Source of the DNA: an uncultured Armatimonadia bacterium
GTDB taxonomy: Bacteria; Armatimonadota; Zipacnadia; CAVVLO01
DNA length: 64,000 bases
Assembly (NCBI GenBank): GCA_963749155.1
Contig: CAVVLO010000002.1
Location: 128,001 to 192,000, forward strand
Direction: 5' to 3'
The notes below the pieces were generated by a model. The model saw only the letters and a program-made list of their open reading frames with translations, was not told the origin of the DNA and did not search any database. Position 1 is the stretch's first letter. Every line of letters starts with the position of its first letter. This document shows positions 9,588 through 20,026 of the stretch, one piece after another. The translations under genes were made by a program, and so were the position numbers.

Positions 9588-10505
9588 GTGAGGACAACAC
9601 CTTTGTTATATTCCACCCGGTGCACTGGATGTCTTCTAGATGACTTCGTTGGCGCCCTCGAAAGGCTTGAGTTGCCCGAGCCAAAGAGGTTGCAGCTGAC
9701 GCAGGCTGCTTTGGCCTTTCTTGCTGCGCATCTCGCCGACCAGGTACCTCCATCATACCTGATTACCGAACTGCATCGAATAATAAAACGCGAACTTCGT
9801 TTGGAGGAACCTTTCTCTGAACTCCGAGCCTTATGCAACGAAGTGGGGCTGCGGTTATACAAAGAACTGAGCCACACCCTGGCCGCCTTGCCTGCTGATG
9901 AGGCTTTCTTCGAGGCAGTGCGCTGGGCTGTGGCAGGCAATGTACTGGATTTCCGTACCGCCGGCGCCGGATATGAGATGGACCTTGCAAGAGTGCGAAG
10001 CGAACTCGATGAGGCGGTCGAATCGCTTGATTTTGACCAGCGCAGAGAATTACTCAAACTTGCCAGACCAGGCCTTGCGGTGCTTTATGTGCATGACAAT
10101 GTCGGTGAAGTGGCTCTCGACCGACTGTTGATAGATCAGTTACGTCTCCGAGGTGCTCGCGTGACCTCGGTCCTCCGCGGAGGGCCCATCACCAGCGATG
10201 CGACCTGGCGCGATGGCGATACGGTTGGCCTTGCTGAAAGCTCGGATGAGGTGTTCCTGGCTGGCCCTGACACCCTGGGAATAAGCCTGGTGGAAGGCAC
10301 AGCGCGCCTGTTGAAGGCACTCGCCGACAGCGACCTGATTATCAGCAAAGGGCAAGCCAATTATTATGTGCTTTCCGAGCCAGACACCCCTGTAAGGGGG
10401 GACGTGGCCTTTCTATTCCGAACCAAGTGTGAACTTGCGGCCAGGCGCTATGGTCTAAAGGGCAAATACCGAAATATCGTTGCCCTTCGATCAGCAAGTA
10501 GTTAA
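9588..10505 (+). CDS. ARMT1-like/DUF89 damage-control metal phosphatase
   Basis: N-terminal CxxC; AVAGNVLDF, DNVGE, PITSDAT, IISKGQANY and TKC motifs. Confidence 0.88.
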   Translation: MRTTPLLYSTRCTGCLLDDFVGALERLELPEPKRLQLTQAALAFLAAHLADQVPPSYLITELHRIIKRELRLEEPFSELRALCNEVGLRLYKELSHTLAALPADEAFFEAVRWAVAGNVLDFRTAGAGYEMDLARVRSELDEAVESLDFDQRRELLKLARPGLAVLYVHDNVGEVALDRLLIDQLRLRGARVTSVLRGGPITSDATWRDGDTVGLAESSDEVFLAGPDTLGISLVEGTARLLKALADSDLIISKGQANYYVLSEPDTPVRGDVAFLFRTKCELAARRYGLKGKYRNIVALRSASS

Positions 10506-10541
10506 CCGCAAGCCAAACAGCGTCTTGAGGGAGGTTGCCTT

Positions 10542-13064
10542 ATGTCACTACTCTACCTGGTCTTGCTGGTTGCTGTAGCCCTTCTCCTGCTAGCGGCAAC
10601 AGGCTTTGTTGCGCCACTCACCCCGCAGGAACTTGCCTCTGTCGATGCCAGGGCCAACGCGCTTATCGCCCAGATGACCCTCGAAGAGAAAATTACTATG
10701 GTGCACGGAATAGGGCGCGAGGGCTTCACGGGATACATCCCCGCCAACGAACGGCTAGGAATCCCCGCCGTGAAGATGGCCGATGGCCCAGTTGGTGTGC
10801 GCGCCGGAGAGTCGACCGCCTTCCCAGCGCCCATCTGTATGGCCGCTACCTGGAATCCCGAGGTCATCAACCGGGTCGGCCAGGCTCTTGGACGCGAAGT
10901 CCTGGGCAAGGGCCACAATGTCCTGCTTGGCCCCTGTATCAATATCGCCCGGCTTCCTCAGGGAGGGCGCAGTTTTGAGGCTTTTGGAGAGGATCCTTAC
11001 CTCGCAAGCCGCATGGCGGTCGCCTATATCACCGGGGTGCAGTCGCAGGGAGTTATCGCGGATGCCAAGCACTTCGCCGCCAACAACCAGGAAGAGCAGC
11101 GCGGCACCATCAGCGCTGAGGTTGACGAACGCACGATGCGGGAGATTTACCTGCCTGCCTTCCGGGCTGCGGTTGAAGAAGCCGGCGTCTGGTCGGTGAT
11201 GGCGGCCTATAACAAAATCAATGATACTTATTGCAGCGAGCACAACTGGCTGCTGCGCGACGTGCTGAAGGGCGACTGGGGTTTCCAGGGCTTCGTGGTG
11301 TCTGACTGGGGCGCCACCCACAGCACCGTAGGTTGCGCGCTGGGCGGCCTGGACGTCGATATGCCAGGCAGCGACTACTATAAGAACTCACTTCGAGGCG
11401 CGGTGCGTAATGAGCAGATCGAACTGGCCGTGCTGGATGAGATGGTCAGGCGCGTGCTGCGTCCGATGCTTGCTCAGGGCCTGTTCGAACGCGAAGATGA
11501 GCCAAATCCTGCTCTGGTAGACACGCCCGAGAACCGTCTGGCTGCGCTTGATACCGCCCGAGAGGGCTTTGTGTTGCTCAAAAATGAAGGCAGCCTTCTT
11601 CCGCTGGACCTGTCCAAAATCAAGCGGCTCGCGGTAATCGGGCCGCATGCCGGCCAGCTCCGGGCTGTAGGGGGAGGCAGCGCTTTCGTCTCGCCCGCTT
11701 ACACCGTCACCCCGCTGGAAGCGCTCCAGAGGCTAGTCGGTGACCAGGTCGAACTCGTTTATGCTCAGGGCTGCGATCTGCAGGGCACGATGACTTTATT
11801 GCCCTCTACCTGCCTGCTGCCACCAGCCGGAGTCGAAGGCAAACAGGGCTTGCTGGGAGAGTATTTCAAGGGCAGAGACTTCACCGGTGAGCCAGTCATC
11901 AAGCGGGTAGACGAGTCGGTGGACTTCCGCTGGGGCGGCGCTGGACCGGGCGGGGGACTTGGCGCAGACAATTATTGTGTTCGCTGGACTGGCAGGCTGA
12001 GGGTGCCTCTCACCGGCTCGTATGGCCTGGGCGCCACCAGTGACGATGGGATGCGCCTCTACCTCGATAATCAGGTTGTCCTGGATCGCTGGAATGATCG
12101 CGCCGAGACAACTGATATGACCAATATCGAGCTTGAAGCCGGTAGAGAATACAGTTTGCGAGTTGAGTATTACCAGAATACCGGCGATGCCGTAATGCGC
12201 CTTGGGCTGATGCAGCCGGGCCAGCAAGAATATACCGAGGCCATCACCGCTGCTACCGGAGCCGATGCTGTGCTTCTATTCGTGGGGCTGGACAGCTCCA
12301 TCGAGACCGAAGGCCGGGACCGGACCAGTCTGGATTTGCCCGCCCCTCAGGTGGGCCTGATAAAAGCTGTTGCCGCCGTGAATCCTTCCACCATCGTAGT
12401 GTTGAACTGTGGGGCGCCGGTACCGATGGACGAATGGCTGCCCCAGGCGAAGTCTTTGCTGCTTACCTGGTATATGGGCGAAAATGGCGCAGAAGCCGCG
12501 GCCGAGTTGCTCCTGGGCCTCCGGTCGCCCTCAGGCAAGCTGCCTGTGACCTTCCCCCGCAGGTGGCAAGACACGCCGGCTTTCGTGACTTATCCAGGGG
12601 CAGATGGTATCGCCCCCTATTCCGAAGGGGTCTTCGTTGGTTATCGCTGGTATGACCAGCAGGAAATCGAACCGCTCTTCCCCTTCGGATATGGGCTTTC
12701 GTATACTACTTTCGAATACCAGGACTTGCAGGTAATCCCTGGCAGCCCTGCTGCTGGCGAGCCGGTTACCGTCAGTTTTGAAGTCAGCAATACCGGCTCT
12801 GTCACGGCAGCCGAAGTCGCTCAGGTTTATGTCGGCGACCCCAAGGCCAGTGTCTTGCGGCCCCCGAGCGAACTGAAAGCTTTTACCAAAGTTTTGCTGA
12901 AGCCTGGCGAGACTAAAACTGTCACCCTGACTCTCGGGCCAGAAGCCTTCGCTTTTTGGGATGTTATCCGGGATGATTGGTATGTCGAACCAGGCAGCTT
13001 CCAGATAAAAGTTGGCGGATCGTCCAGAGACTTGGGGCTTACCGCCGAGATAAGAATCAAGTAA
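10542..13064 (+). CDS. Secreted GH3 beta-glucosidase with PA14 insert and Fn3-like C-terminus
   Basis: Signal peptide; ADGPVGVR, GRSFEAFGEDP, KHFAANNQE and VVSDWGA (nucleophile); PA14 motif SDDGMRLYLD; PLFPFGYGLSYT. Confidence 0.95.
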   Translation: MSLLYLVLLVAVALLLLAATGFVAPLTPQELASVDARANALIAQMTLEEKITMVHGIGREGFTGYIPANERLGIPAVKMADGPVGVRAGESTAFPAPICMAATWNPEVINRVGQALGREVLGKGHNVLLGPCINIARLPQGGRSFEAFGEDPYLASRMAVAYITGVQSQGVIADAKHFAANNQEEQRGTISAEVDERTMREIYLPAFRAAVEEAGVWSVMAAYNKINDTYCSEHNWLLRDVLKGDWGFQGFVVSDWGATHSTVGCALGGLDVDMPGSDYYKNSLRGAVRNEQIELAVLDEMVRRVLRPMLAQGLFEREDEPNPALVDTPENRLAALDTAREGFVLLKNEGSLLPLDLSKIKRLAVIGPHAGQLRAVGGGSAFVSPAYTVTPLEALQRLVGDQVELVYAQGCDLQGTMTLLPSTCLLPPAGVEGKQGLLGEYFKGRDFTGEPVIKRVDESVDFRWGGAGPGGGLGADNYCVRWTGRLRVPLTGSYGLGATSDDGMRLYLDNQVVLDRWNDRAETTDMTNIELEAGREYSLRVEYYQNTGDAVMRLGLMQPGQQEYTEAITAATGADAVLLFVGLDSSIETEGRDRTSLDLPAPQVGLIKAVAAVNPSTIVVLNCGAPVPMDEWLPQAKSLLLTWYMGENGAEAAAELLLGLRSPSGKLPVTFPRRWQDTPAFVTYPGADGIAPYSEGVFVGYRWYDQQEIEPLFPFGYGLSYTTFEYQDLQVIPGSPAAGEPVTVSFEVSNTGSVTAAEVAQVYVGDPKASVLRPPSELKAFTKVLLKPGETKTVTLTLGPEAFAFWDVIRDDWYVEPGSFQIKVGGSSRDLGLTAEIRIK

Positions 13065-13095
13065 CGAGCCGACCCCGCCGGCAAGGAGCATCAAG

Positions 13096-15790
13096 ATGGA
13101 CAAATCAAGAGGGATAACCACTGCTGCCCTGCTTGCAGGATTGCTTGGGCTAATATTGCTCGCCGCGGCGACTTTTGCCATAGCGCGCGAAAGGCAGACC
13201 GCGGCCACCGTAGCCGACTATGCCAAACTCGAAGCCGAAGCCGCTAAACTGGGAGGGACCTCGCTTGCGTCCGCGGCGGAAGAAGTCCTTAAACCCGTGC
13301 GCGAAGCGCTTGCCCAGGGCAACCTTGAAACTGTCCGCTCCGAGTTGCCTGGCGCTCAGGATAAAGTCTGGCGCCTCCAGTCCGAGGCCGCTCCCCAGCA
13401 ACCTGGTCCCTCTGGCCTCGAAGGTTCGGAGGCCGATGAATTAAAAACTCTGCGCGCTAGCGCGGCGCTTTTTGCCTCGGATCCCGAGTTGCAAGCCTTG
13501 TACACAAAAATCGTAGAGTCGCTTCCGAGCGTGCCCGAGCCTCAGCGTCCCAAACTAATCCAGACTCTGGACGAGGCCTCCAAAGCTGCTCTGACCAAAG
13601 ATTTTGTGAAAGCCCGGCAGCTTCTTGCTCCCTTTAATCAGACGCAGGCGCCAGTGATGGGCCCAATGACCTTGAGCCCCGAGGCCAAAGCGCTGATGGA
13701 GAAAGACGCCAAATTCAAAAAAATGGTTGAGCTGCTGCAGGCGCGTCTGGCAGACCGAACCCATCCCCCTACCAACCCTCAGGCGCTGGCCCAGGCGCTT
13801 CCGGCGCTAAGAGAAGCAGTTAAAAAGGGTGATGCGACAGGCGGCGCGTTCGGTGCTTTCCAGGGCCTTGAAGGCACTCGATGAGGCCCCTGCCGGTGGC
13901 GCTATGCGGCCAATGATGCCCGGCCAGCCTGGCCAGCCTCAGCGTATGCCCCAGGGCGCCAGGCCGCCTCAGGAGCTTGGCCAGGTCTTTAACGAATTCA
14001 ACCAGCTCATTGGGCAGCTCGGACAGACGGGGCAGCCAATGGACCAGTGGATGCAGCGACGCAATGCTATTCTGGCCAAGTTGGGGCAGCAAAAGTTTGG
14101 CGAAGCGCTTTCGATGGCCAAGCAAGCCAACACTGCGATGAAAGCAGCCCTTGCCAAAAGCCCCAAGCCGACTGGCAAGCCTGTCAGCCCTCCTCCTACC
14201 GGAATTACGCCTCCTGCTGGAGCCCAGCCGACCGAACCTGTACCCAGCGCGCCTCTCGACCTGCTGGTCAAGCGCCTCGATGAAGTGCGGGCTCTGCCGG
14301 CAGAGGATTACAACCAGCATAAGCCGGAGATAGCAGCCGAATTGCTAGCTCTTGCGCGAGGCCAGATGGGTCCCGGCCAGCCTGGTGGGATGGCTCCTTC
14401 CGAGGCTCTCAAAGCCCCGGAGCCTGTAAAACAGGTGCTACTCAAGACCGAAATCAAGGCCGAGAAGTGCGCAGGCTTACTTGATAAACCAGTTTTCCTT
14501 TCCAACGCCTACACGACTACCACAGCGGGAGTCGTCTTCGAGCTGGCTGGCCTGCCCGCCTCCGTTACCAAGCCCAGCCTCGAACTGCGCTGGCGCTCTG
14601 GAGACCACGAGGGCAGCTTCAAACTGGAAGGTGAAGCAAAGGAAGGCAAAGCCGAGTTGGTCCTGCCCGCCAGGCTTCCCGGTCAGGACTGGCCGGGCGA
14701 ACTCTTGCAGGTCTCGGTGCCTGCCGAACTGGCAGGCGCAGAGCTTTCGCTGGTGCGCCTTTCAGCCCCGGCCGTGCCAATCGGCGATTTGCTGCGCCAG
14801 GCGCCTCTGCCCGTGCGCATATTTGACTTCCTGAGGCGTATTGTCATCCCCGGAGAGCAACCTGCCGTCGCCTTTGGGCTGACGCGAGACCAGCGCCACC
14901 CTTGCGAAAGTGGCGTCTCGAGCGTCCTCAACGCCCGAGTAGGCCAGTCGCTGCTTGCGCTTTCCCAGTTACTCGCAGGCAAGCTGCCGGAAGCAGAAGC
15001 TCAACAGATCGCCACGATGGCCACTGGCTTGCTTGTGACAGCTCCAGGCCAGCCCGCTTCACTTGGCGAGCTTGTGACTCTGGCCGAAGCCAGACTCGGC
15101 GCCTCGAGACTGCCAGGCGCAAGCCCGGAGCTTGTGCAACTGGCTGAGAAGAACGCTGATGAAGTGAGAGGCCAGGCGCGCGCAAGTCGTGAAGCCGTCC
15201 TTGCCGCTCCAACCTCGACCCTTGCGGTTGCGGCCAGAGTGCTGCTATTAAGTGACACTGAGGCGCCTTCCGAAGAAGCCTTGAACTTGCTGGGTGAGTT
15301 GCGAGGCAGGCTGGAGGCTTCAACCGGACTGGTGAAGGAGTTCTCGCGCGGTAATCCTGTCTATACAACCTTCGGTCAGGCTTCGACCGCGCGCGCCTTC
15401 GAGCTGGCAGAAAGCAAGCAACCAGGCAAGACCAACGAGGCAGCCCATAAACTGCTTCAAGCTACCTTCAATTCGCCACTACTTGCCGATGCCAGGTTTG
15501 GAGGATTCTTCCAGCGCGCTGGGGCGAAACCAGCCCGCAAGTCGCTGCTTGATCACGCCGAATTGTTGCTAGCGGTCCGGGGCCTCGAGGCAGGTGGATT
15601 GAAGAACGAGCAGCTTGGGAAGTGGGGCGCCGACCTTTCGGCCTTGCTCACTGACAGATTCTACGATCCGGTCTGGAATGGTGCTACAGCGGTCACGGAT
15701 GAGCAGTTCCGGCCTGTTGGAGATTCGCCCTGCGCCACCGCCAGCACCGAAGCGATGTGTGGTCTGCTGCTCGGACTGGTACAGTTCTAG
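13096..15790 (+). CDS. Large membrane-anchored hypothetical protein, probably one gene with a frameshift near 13840
   Basis: Overlapping ORFs 13096-13884 and 13829-15790 join through AVKKGD/QAARSVLSRAL, a helical-hairpin unit repeated in both parts. Pro/Gln/Met-rich linkers. The C-terminus (GGFF...KSLLDHAEL...RFYDPVWNG) recalls (alpha/alpha)6 AGE/YyaL domains. Confidence 0.55.
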
Positions 15791-15799
15791 CCATCCTGC

Positions 15800-16819
15800 T
15801 TATTGCTTGGCGGCCCGGCTTTCGAAACGCAGCCTGTAGGTCCCGATCCCGAAAAGGTCGCCGGCCCGCAGGCTGCGACTTGTTACAGGCTGACCGTTCA
15901 CCAGCACAGGTTGTCCTGTGCCCAGGTCGCGCAAGGAGCAGCGCCCACTCTCGATTGTGAGTTCGCAATGGAAAGGCGCGACCGAGGGGTCTTTTATCAA
16001 GGTGATATCCGCCTTGGGCGAACTGCCCAGCCGCGTCACATGCTGGTAGAGGATGAACTGCTTGCCCGCAAGTGGACCAGTAAGCACATGCAACCAGAAG
16101 GTCTTGGCAGCTTGTTCGACCGCGCTGATAGCGACTCCCACCAGCAGGCCCATTACCGAGAAGCCAATCAGGCGCGACATAAGGCCGCCGCCGGTGACGA
16201 TGGCAAGGGGATCAAACAAGGCCCCTCCCAGGAAGCCACCGAGCAGCCCACCTATCAGGCCATTGAGGATGCGCTTGCCCGAAAGCCCAGGCAAGCCTTG
16301 CCCAAGCCCCACAAACAGCCCCACCAGTGCCCAGGCAAGCGCGCGCACGAAGAGCTGTGTAGCAGGATTGCCACCTTGCTCTCCGCCCCCAAGAGAGGTA
16401 TATGCAGCCTGGCCAACTACGCTGCCGAAGGCGCCCCCTGCCCCGCCAACCAGCAAACCGATGAGAGCGCCCTTCAGGGCCTTCTCCCAAACCCCGCTTC
16501 CCACGCCTTCGGTTGCTCCGAGCAGCAAGCCTATAGGCCCGCCAATTCCAAGGCCCAGAATCAGCATCTCCAGCATCGGGTTGAGCGCCGAGGCAGCTTC
16601 ATCCGAGATGAAAGGCTCCACCGCGCACCAGCTGAGGAAGCCCCCAATCAGACCTGCAAGTGCCCCAAGCAGCACTGGCGAGAAAAGCACCTGAGAAGCG
16701 CCAGACTTGCCTTTGCCGGAGCCCTCTCCCCAGCCAGGGCCTCCCCCAGCACCGACCTGATCGAAGAGATCGCCGTCATCCTTGAAATCATCACTTGTCA
16801 GTATAAGGCGGTCGGGCAC
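15800..16819 (-). CDS. Multi-pass Gly-rich membrane protein with C-terminal FHA-like domain
   Basis: About 6-7 Gly-rich TM segments, then WLHVLTGPLAGKQFIL...LGSSPKADI...VLVNGQPV...LRAGDLFGIG. Confidence 0.85.
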   Translation of the reverse strand: MPDRLILTSDDFKDDGDLFDQVGAGGGPGWGEGSGKGKSGASQVLFSPVLLGALAGLIGGFLSWCAVEPFISDEAASALNPMLEMLILGLGIGGPIGLLLGATEGVGSGVWEKALKGALIGLLVGGAGGAFGSVVGQAAYTSLGGGEQGGNPATQLFVRALAWALVGLFVGLGQGLPGLSGKRILNGLIGGLLGGFLGGALFDPLAIVTGGGLMSRLIGFSVMGLLVGVAISAVEQAAKTFWLHVLTGPLAGKQFILYQHVTRLGSSPKADITLIKDPSVAPFHCELTIESGRCSLRDLGTGQPVLVNGQPVTSRSLRAGDLFGIGTYRLRFESRAAKQ

Positions 16820-17520
16820 TAGTCAAGCACACTCCTGGCTATGGCGTAACCCAGCTGCACAATTAGCTCTTTGAAATTCTTGGTAGAGTCGATGTCTGTG
16901 AAGGTACCGCCCGTCTTCTGCGCCAGCATCAGATAACCTTCAAGGGGCTTCGCGACGACATAACAGGCTAGCCCGCGCTCTTTCAATCCGGTCACTGCAT
17001 CCTCGAGTTTCAGCGTAGTGAAGTCTGTGCCGTCGCCAGCGGTGTGATAACCGGCATCACTAATCAGGATCAGCACTCGCTTGGCCTCGGGCCGGAAGGC
17101 CATCCGCGAGGCACTCATCAACGCTTCAAGCTGATTTTCGGGCTCATCCACGCCACCAACAGCTTGCTGGACGGCCAGCCAGGACTTGAACTCTCCAACA
17201 CTGGGGGTGAGGCTCAGGTCCTCGCGATACACCATCCTGACCTCATCACCGAAGGTCACCAGGCCAAATTTACAGTCTACGCCCTGACCGCTTAATAATT
17301 CGGAGAACTGTTCCGACGCAGCCAAAGTGCCATCGATCTCTTCTCTCATACTGCTGGTTGTGTCGAAAACAAAAACCACGTCCACTGGCTCGGGGCTGAA
17401 GGCCCCTCCCCGCCAGAAGAGCGCCAAAGCGATAAGCCCGGCCCAGCAGGCAACGATCAGCAGCCCAAGGGGAAGGTTGGCAAAGAGAGCTCGGTTGAAT
17501 TCTTTCAGAGAAAAACCCAT
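16819..17520 (-). CDS. Membrane-anchored vWA domain protein
   Basis: N-terminal TM, MIDAS-type DVVFVFDTTSSM, GGVDEPE, LILISDA and LAQKTGG. Confidence 0.9.
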   Translation of the reverse strand: MGFSLKEFNRALFANLPLGLLIVACWAGLIALALFWRGGAFSPEPVDVVFVFDTTSSMREEIDGTLAASEQFSELLSGQGVDCKFGLVTFGDEVRMVYREDLSLTPSVGEFKSWLAVQQAVGGVDEPENQLEALMSASRMAFRPEAKRVLILISDAGYHTAGDGTDFTTLKLEDAVTGLKERGLACYVVAKPLEGYLMLAQKTGGTFTDIDSTKNFKELIVQLGYAIARSVLD

Positions 17521-18635
17521 CAGAGCCCCTCCTTACCCTTGCCCTGGCGCACCCAGAAGACCAGCACTGTGTTGCCCACATGCAGCAAGGCGCCATCTCG
17601 CAGCCTGGCCGATGAGACAGGTTGCCCATCAAGCCCCACTTGAAGTCCTCGCTCGGCCTGCACCTGCCAGCCCGTGCCAGTATGCCGCAGGACGAAGTGA
17701 CGCTCTGCCAGGCCAGGTTCTTTCACCAGCCGCACATCCGCCTCAGGCGAGGAGCCCACCCAATTTTCGGGCTTGTGCAGTATGAACTGCTTACCCCGCA
17801 TCGAGCCTTTGGCCACAGCCAGCCAGGCCTGCTTGAAGACCTCGCCAGCAAGCCCCATCAGCAGTCCAACACAGGCGCCAAGAGCTAGCAGTGCAAGCAG
17901 TCTGCCCAGGCTTGAAGAAGCAACCGCGCCTTTGATAGCCTCAAAGGCGATGCCCCCCAGTAGTCCTCCCAGCGCCCCACCCAGCAGCCCATTGCGCAGC
18001 TTGGCTGCCGAGGTATGCAAAGCCGAACTGCCAATTCCCAGGAAGAAGCCCAGCACCGACCAGCCGACAGCTCGCACAAGTAACGCCGCGGCAGGCCCCA
18101 TAAGATGCCCAGTGGATGCGAACTGGTAAGCCCACTCGGCAAGCGCGCCGCCAAGCGCGCCTCCACAAGCGCCTATCAGCCCCCCCATAAAAGCGTGAGC
18201 CAGAGCCGAAGTGATATCTCCGAAAACCAGTTCCTCAAAACTGCTGAGGAAAAGCCCAATCAGAGCGCCCGCCACCAGGCCATATAAAGCCGTCCTGATT
18301 ATCAGGTCTCCTCCGAAGGAACTCGACCAGGCTAGCAGGATTATCTCTCCAAGCAGCCAGGCGCAAACCGCACCAAGTAGCCCGGCAACCAGCAGCAGGG
18401 CCGGCCTGAGAAGAGCGGAAGCACGACGCGGAGCCACCTCGGGTTTGGCCCAGGCCTCTACTGGAGGGCCAACCGAGGCGCCTGCCGGCTCGAAGACTTC
18501 CTCCTCGCTGAAGTCCTCTGCCCCGAGCACCAGCCTTCCAGAGGCCGGGGGAGGCGCAGGTTCCTCCTCGGCAAAGTCCTCGGAAGTCAACTCCAGTCGC
18601 TCTGGCAGCTCTTCCTTGTCGGGCGTATTGTCCAA
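17520..18635 (-). CDS. Multi-pass Gly-rich membrane protein with C-terminal FHA-like domain (paralogue of 15800-16819)
   Basis: Acidic N-tail, TM block, then WLAVAKGSMRGKQFIL...VGSSPEADV...LRDGALLHVG. Confidence 0.85.
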   Translation of the reverse strand: MDNTPDKEELPERLELTSEDFAEEEPAPPPASGRLVLGAEDFSEEEVFEPAGASVGPPVEAWAKPEVAPRRASALLRPALLLVAGLLGAVCAWLLGEIILLAWSSSFGGDLIIRTALYGLVAGALIGLFLSSFEELVFGDITSALAHAFMGGLIGACGGALGGALAEWAYQFASTGHLMGPAAALLVRAVGWSVLGFFLGIGSSALHTSAAKLRNGLLGGALGGLLGGIAFEAIKGAVASSSLGRLLALLALGACVGLLMGLAGEVFKQAWLAVAKGSMRGKQFILHKPENWVGSSPEADVRLVKEPGLAERHFVLRHTGTGWQVQAERGLQVGLDGQPVSSARLRDGALLHVGNTVLVFWVRQGKGKEGL

Positions 18636-18651
18636 ACCTTACTCCCTGGAC

Positions 18652-19443
18652 CTAGACTGTAGTATCGATTATTCCCTCACTGGCGAGTTTCTGGGCCATC
18701 TGGTCGCGCTTCTCATAACCGGCCTCAAGCGCGGCTTTACTGGCACTGCCGAGTCTGGGAAGTTCAGCAAGCGCCGCTTCATCCACCGGCACCAAGGCTT
18801 GTCTGGCAAGCCCATCAGGCCCGGCCAGGCCCATCAGTTGAAGCAGTTCTTTCATCCTGGCCTCGGTGCCTACAGGACCAAACAACCAAAATCCAACCCG
18901 TCGCAGTCCTTCAGGGCCTTGCTGGAAAGCGCCCAGCTTGCCTTGAACCGGGTCGTGTACCACCGCTACCTGGCCAGGGGCGCTGAAAAAATTCTGCTGG
19001 ATGAACTGGTCGAACTCACTGAGGAAAACCCCAAAGCCCGGATGCGTGTGATACCAGCCCATTATCTTGAGGCCAGGCCAGTTGGCGTCCAGTTCGGCGG
19101 AGAAGGCATTCCAGGTGGCATGGGTGAAGGTAATGTTGGTGTGAGTATGGGTTATATGCTGAGCGGGCAAAGCGTGCTCTAGCTCGATGGCCTCGAAGGG
19201 CGCCCCGCCCGGCAGCTGCCAACGCGAGCGCCTGCCGATTAACGCCCCCCCGAGTTCTCTGCTGCGGTCAGTCATACAGTGAGCGCGCATCGCCGATAAA
19301 GCGCTCAATTTGAAGAAAAGGGGTACCACTGCCGAGGCAGGTCGCTCATACTCGAATACCACCATATCGGTGGTCGCGCGCAGAGGCAACTCCTGCTTCG
19401 GAGCCGCCTCACTCAGGCTGATTTGGAAGTCTTTTTCCGCCAT
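18652..19443 (-). CDS. JAB/MPN+ (Mov34) metallo-isopeptidase
   Basis: ELGGALIG and GWYHTHPGFGVFLSEFD form an intact JAMM motif. Confidence 0.92.
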   Translation of the reverse strand: MAEKDFQISLSEAAPKQELPLRATTDMVVFEYERPASAVVPLFFKLSALSAMRAHCMTDRSRELGGALIGRRSRWQLPGGAPFEAIELEHALPAQHITHTHTNITFTHATWNAFSAELDANWPGLKIMGWYHTHPGFGVFLSEFDQFIQQNFFSAPGQVAVVHDPVQGKLGAFQQGPEGLRRVGFWLFGPVGTEARMKELLQLMGLAGPDGLARQALVPVDEAALAELPRLGSASKAALEAGYEKRDQMAQKLASEGIIDTTV

Positions 19444-19457
19444 AGCCTCTAACCGGG

Positions 19458-19997
19458 CTAACCGAGCTGGATGTCGAAATCGTCTCCACTGGGCGCTGGC
19501 GCCTGGGCCTCATCAAAGAAAACAATATCGATGTCTGGTTGCCGCAAGTCCACATTCTGCAACGGGAACCGGTTCCTGTTCAACTCTGACCAGCGCGCAG
19601 CTTCCGCGTTAAGGGGGCTTTTGGGATTATATTCCTGATAGGTCAGCATCTCGGCGACCTGATAAACGATGTCGACCAGAGTCTCACCGGCCGCCCAGTG
19701 GTCGCCGATGCAGATATAACTGCCAAAGTTGGGGTGCCAGACAGGATCCAGCATCACTGACTTGGGCTTCTCCCTTGGATAATCAGTGTGCAGATATATC
19801 TCGGCGCGGTGGACCTCCCTTGTGCGGATGTTGCCCTGCGCATCGCGCCAAAGCCCCTTAACCCGGTACGTAATCCGATACCGGTCAGGAGGATTGGCGG
19901 GACCAATCGGCTCCACCGTGATATAGGGGTGACCCGAGAACTCCTCTTGCACTCGGCTCCAGTCGGCGGCAAGTCGCCTGAGTCTTGCAACACTCAT
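19458..19997 (-). CDS. Ubiquitin-conjugating E2 (UBC fold)
   Basis: RLRRLAADW, DYPREKP, WHPNFGSYICIG (HPN plus catalytic Cys), W, and YNPKSPLNAEAA. Confidence 0.92.
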   Translation of the reverse strand: MSVARLRRLAADWSRVQEEFSGHPYITVEPIGPANPPDRYRITYRVKGLWRDAQGNIRTREVHRAEIYLHTDYPREKPKSVMLDPVWHPNFGSYICIGDHWAAGETLVDIVYQVAEMLTYQEYNPKSPLNAEAARWSELNRNRFPLQNVDLRQPDIDIVFFDEAQAPAPSGDDFDIQLG

Positions 19998-20026
19998 CTA
20001 CTTCCTCCTGCCTGAATAAAAAACTA

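Noticed and set aside
15803..16822. Long antisense ORFs (also 18211-19182, 25129-26067, 27677-28879, 55157-56122, 58623-59558)
   Set aside because: They shadow well-supported genes on the opposite strand in GC-rich DNA and carry no recognisable motifs.
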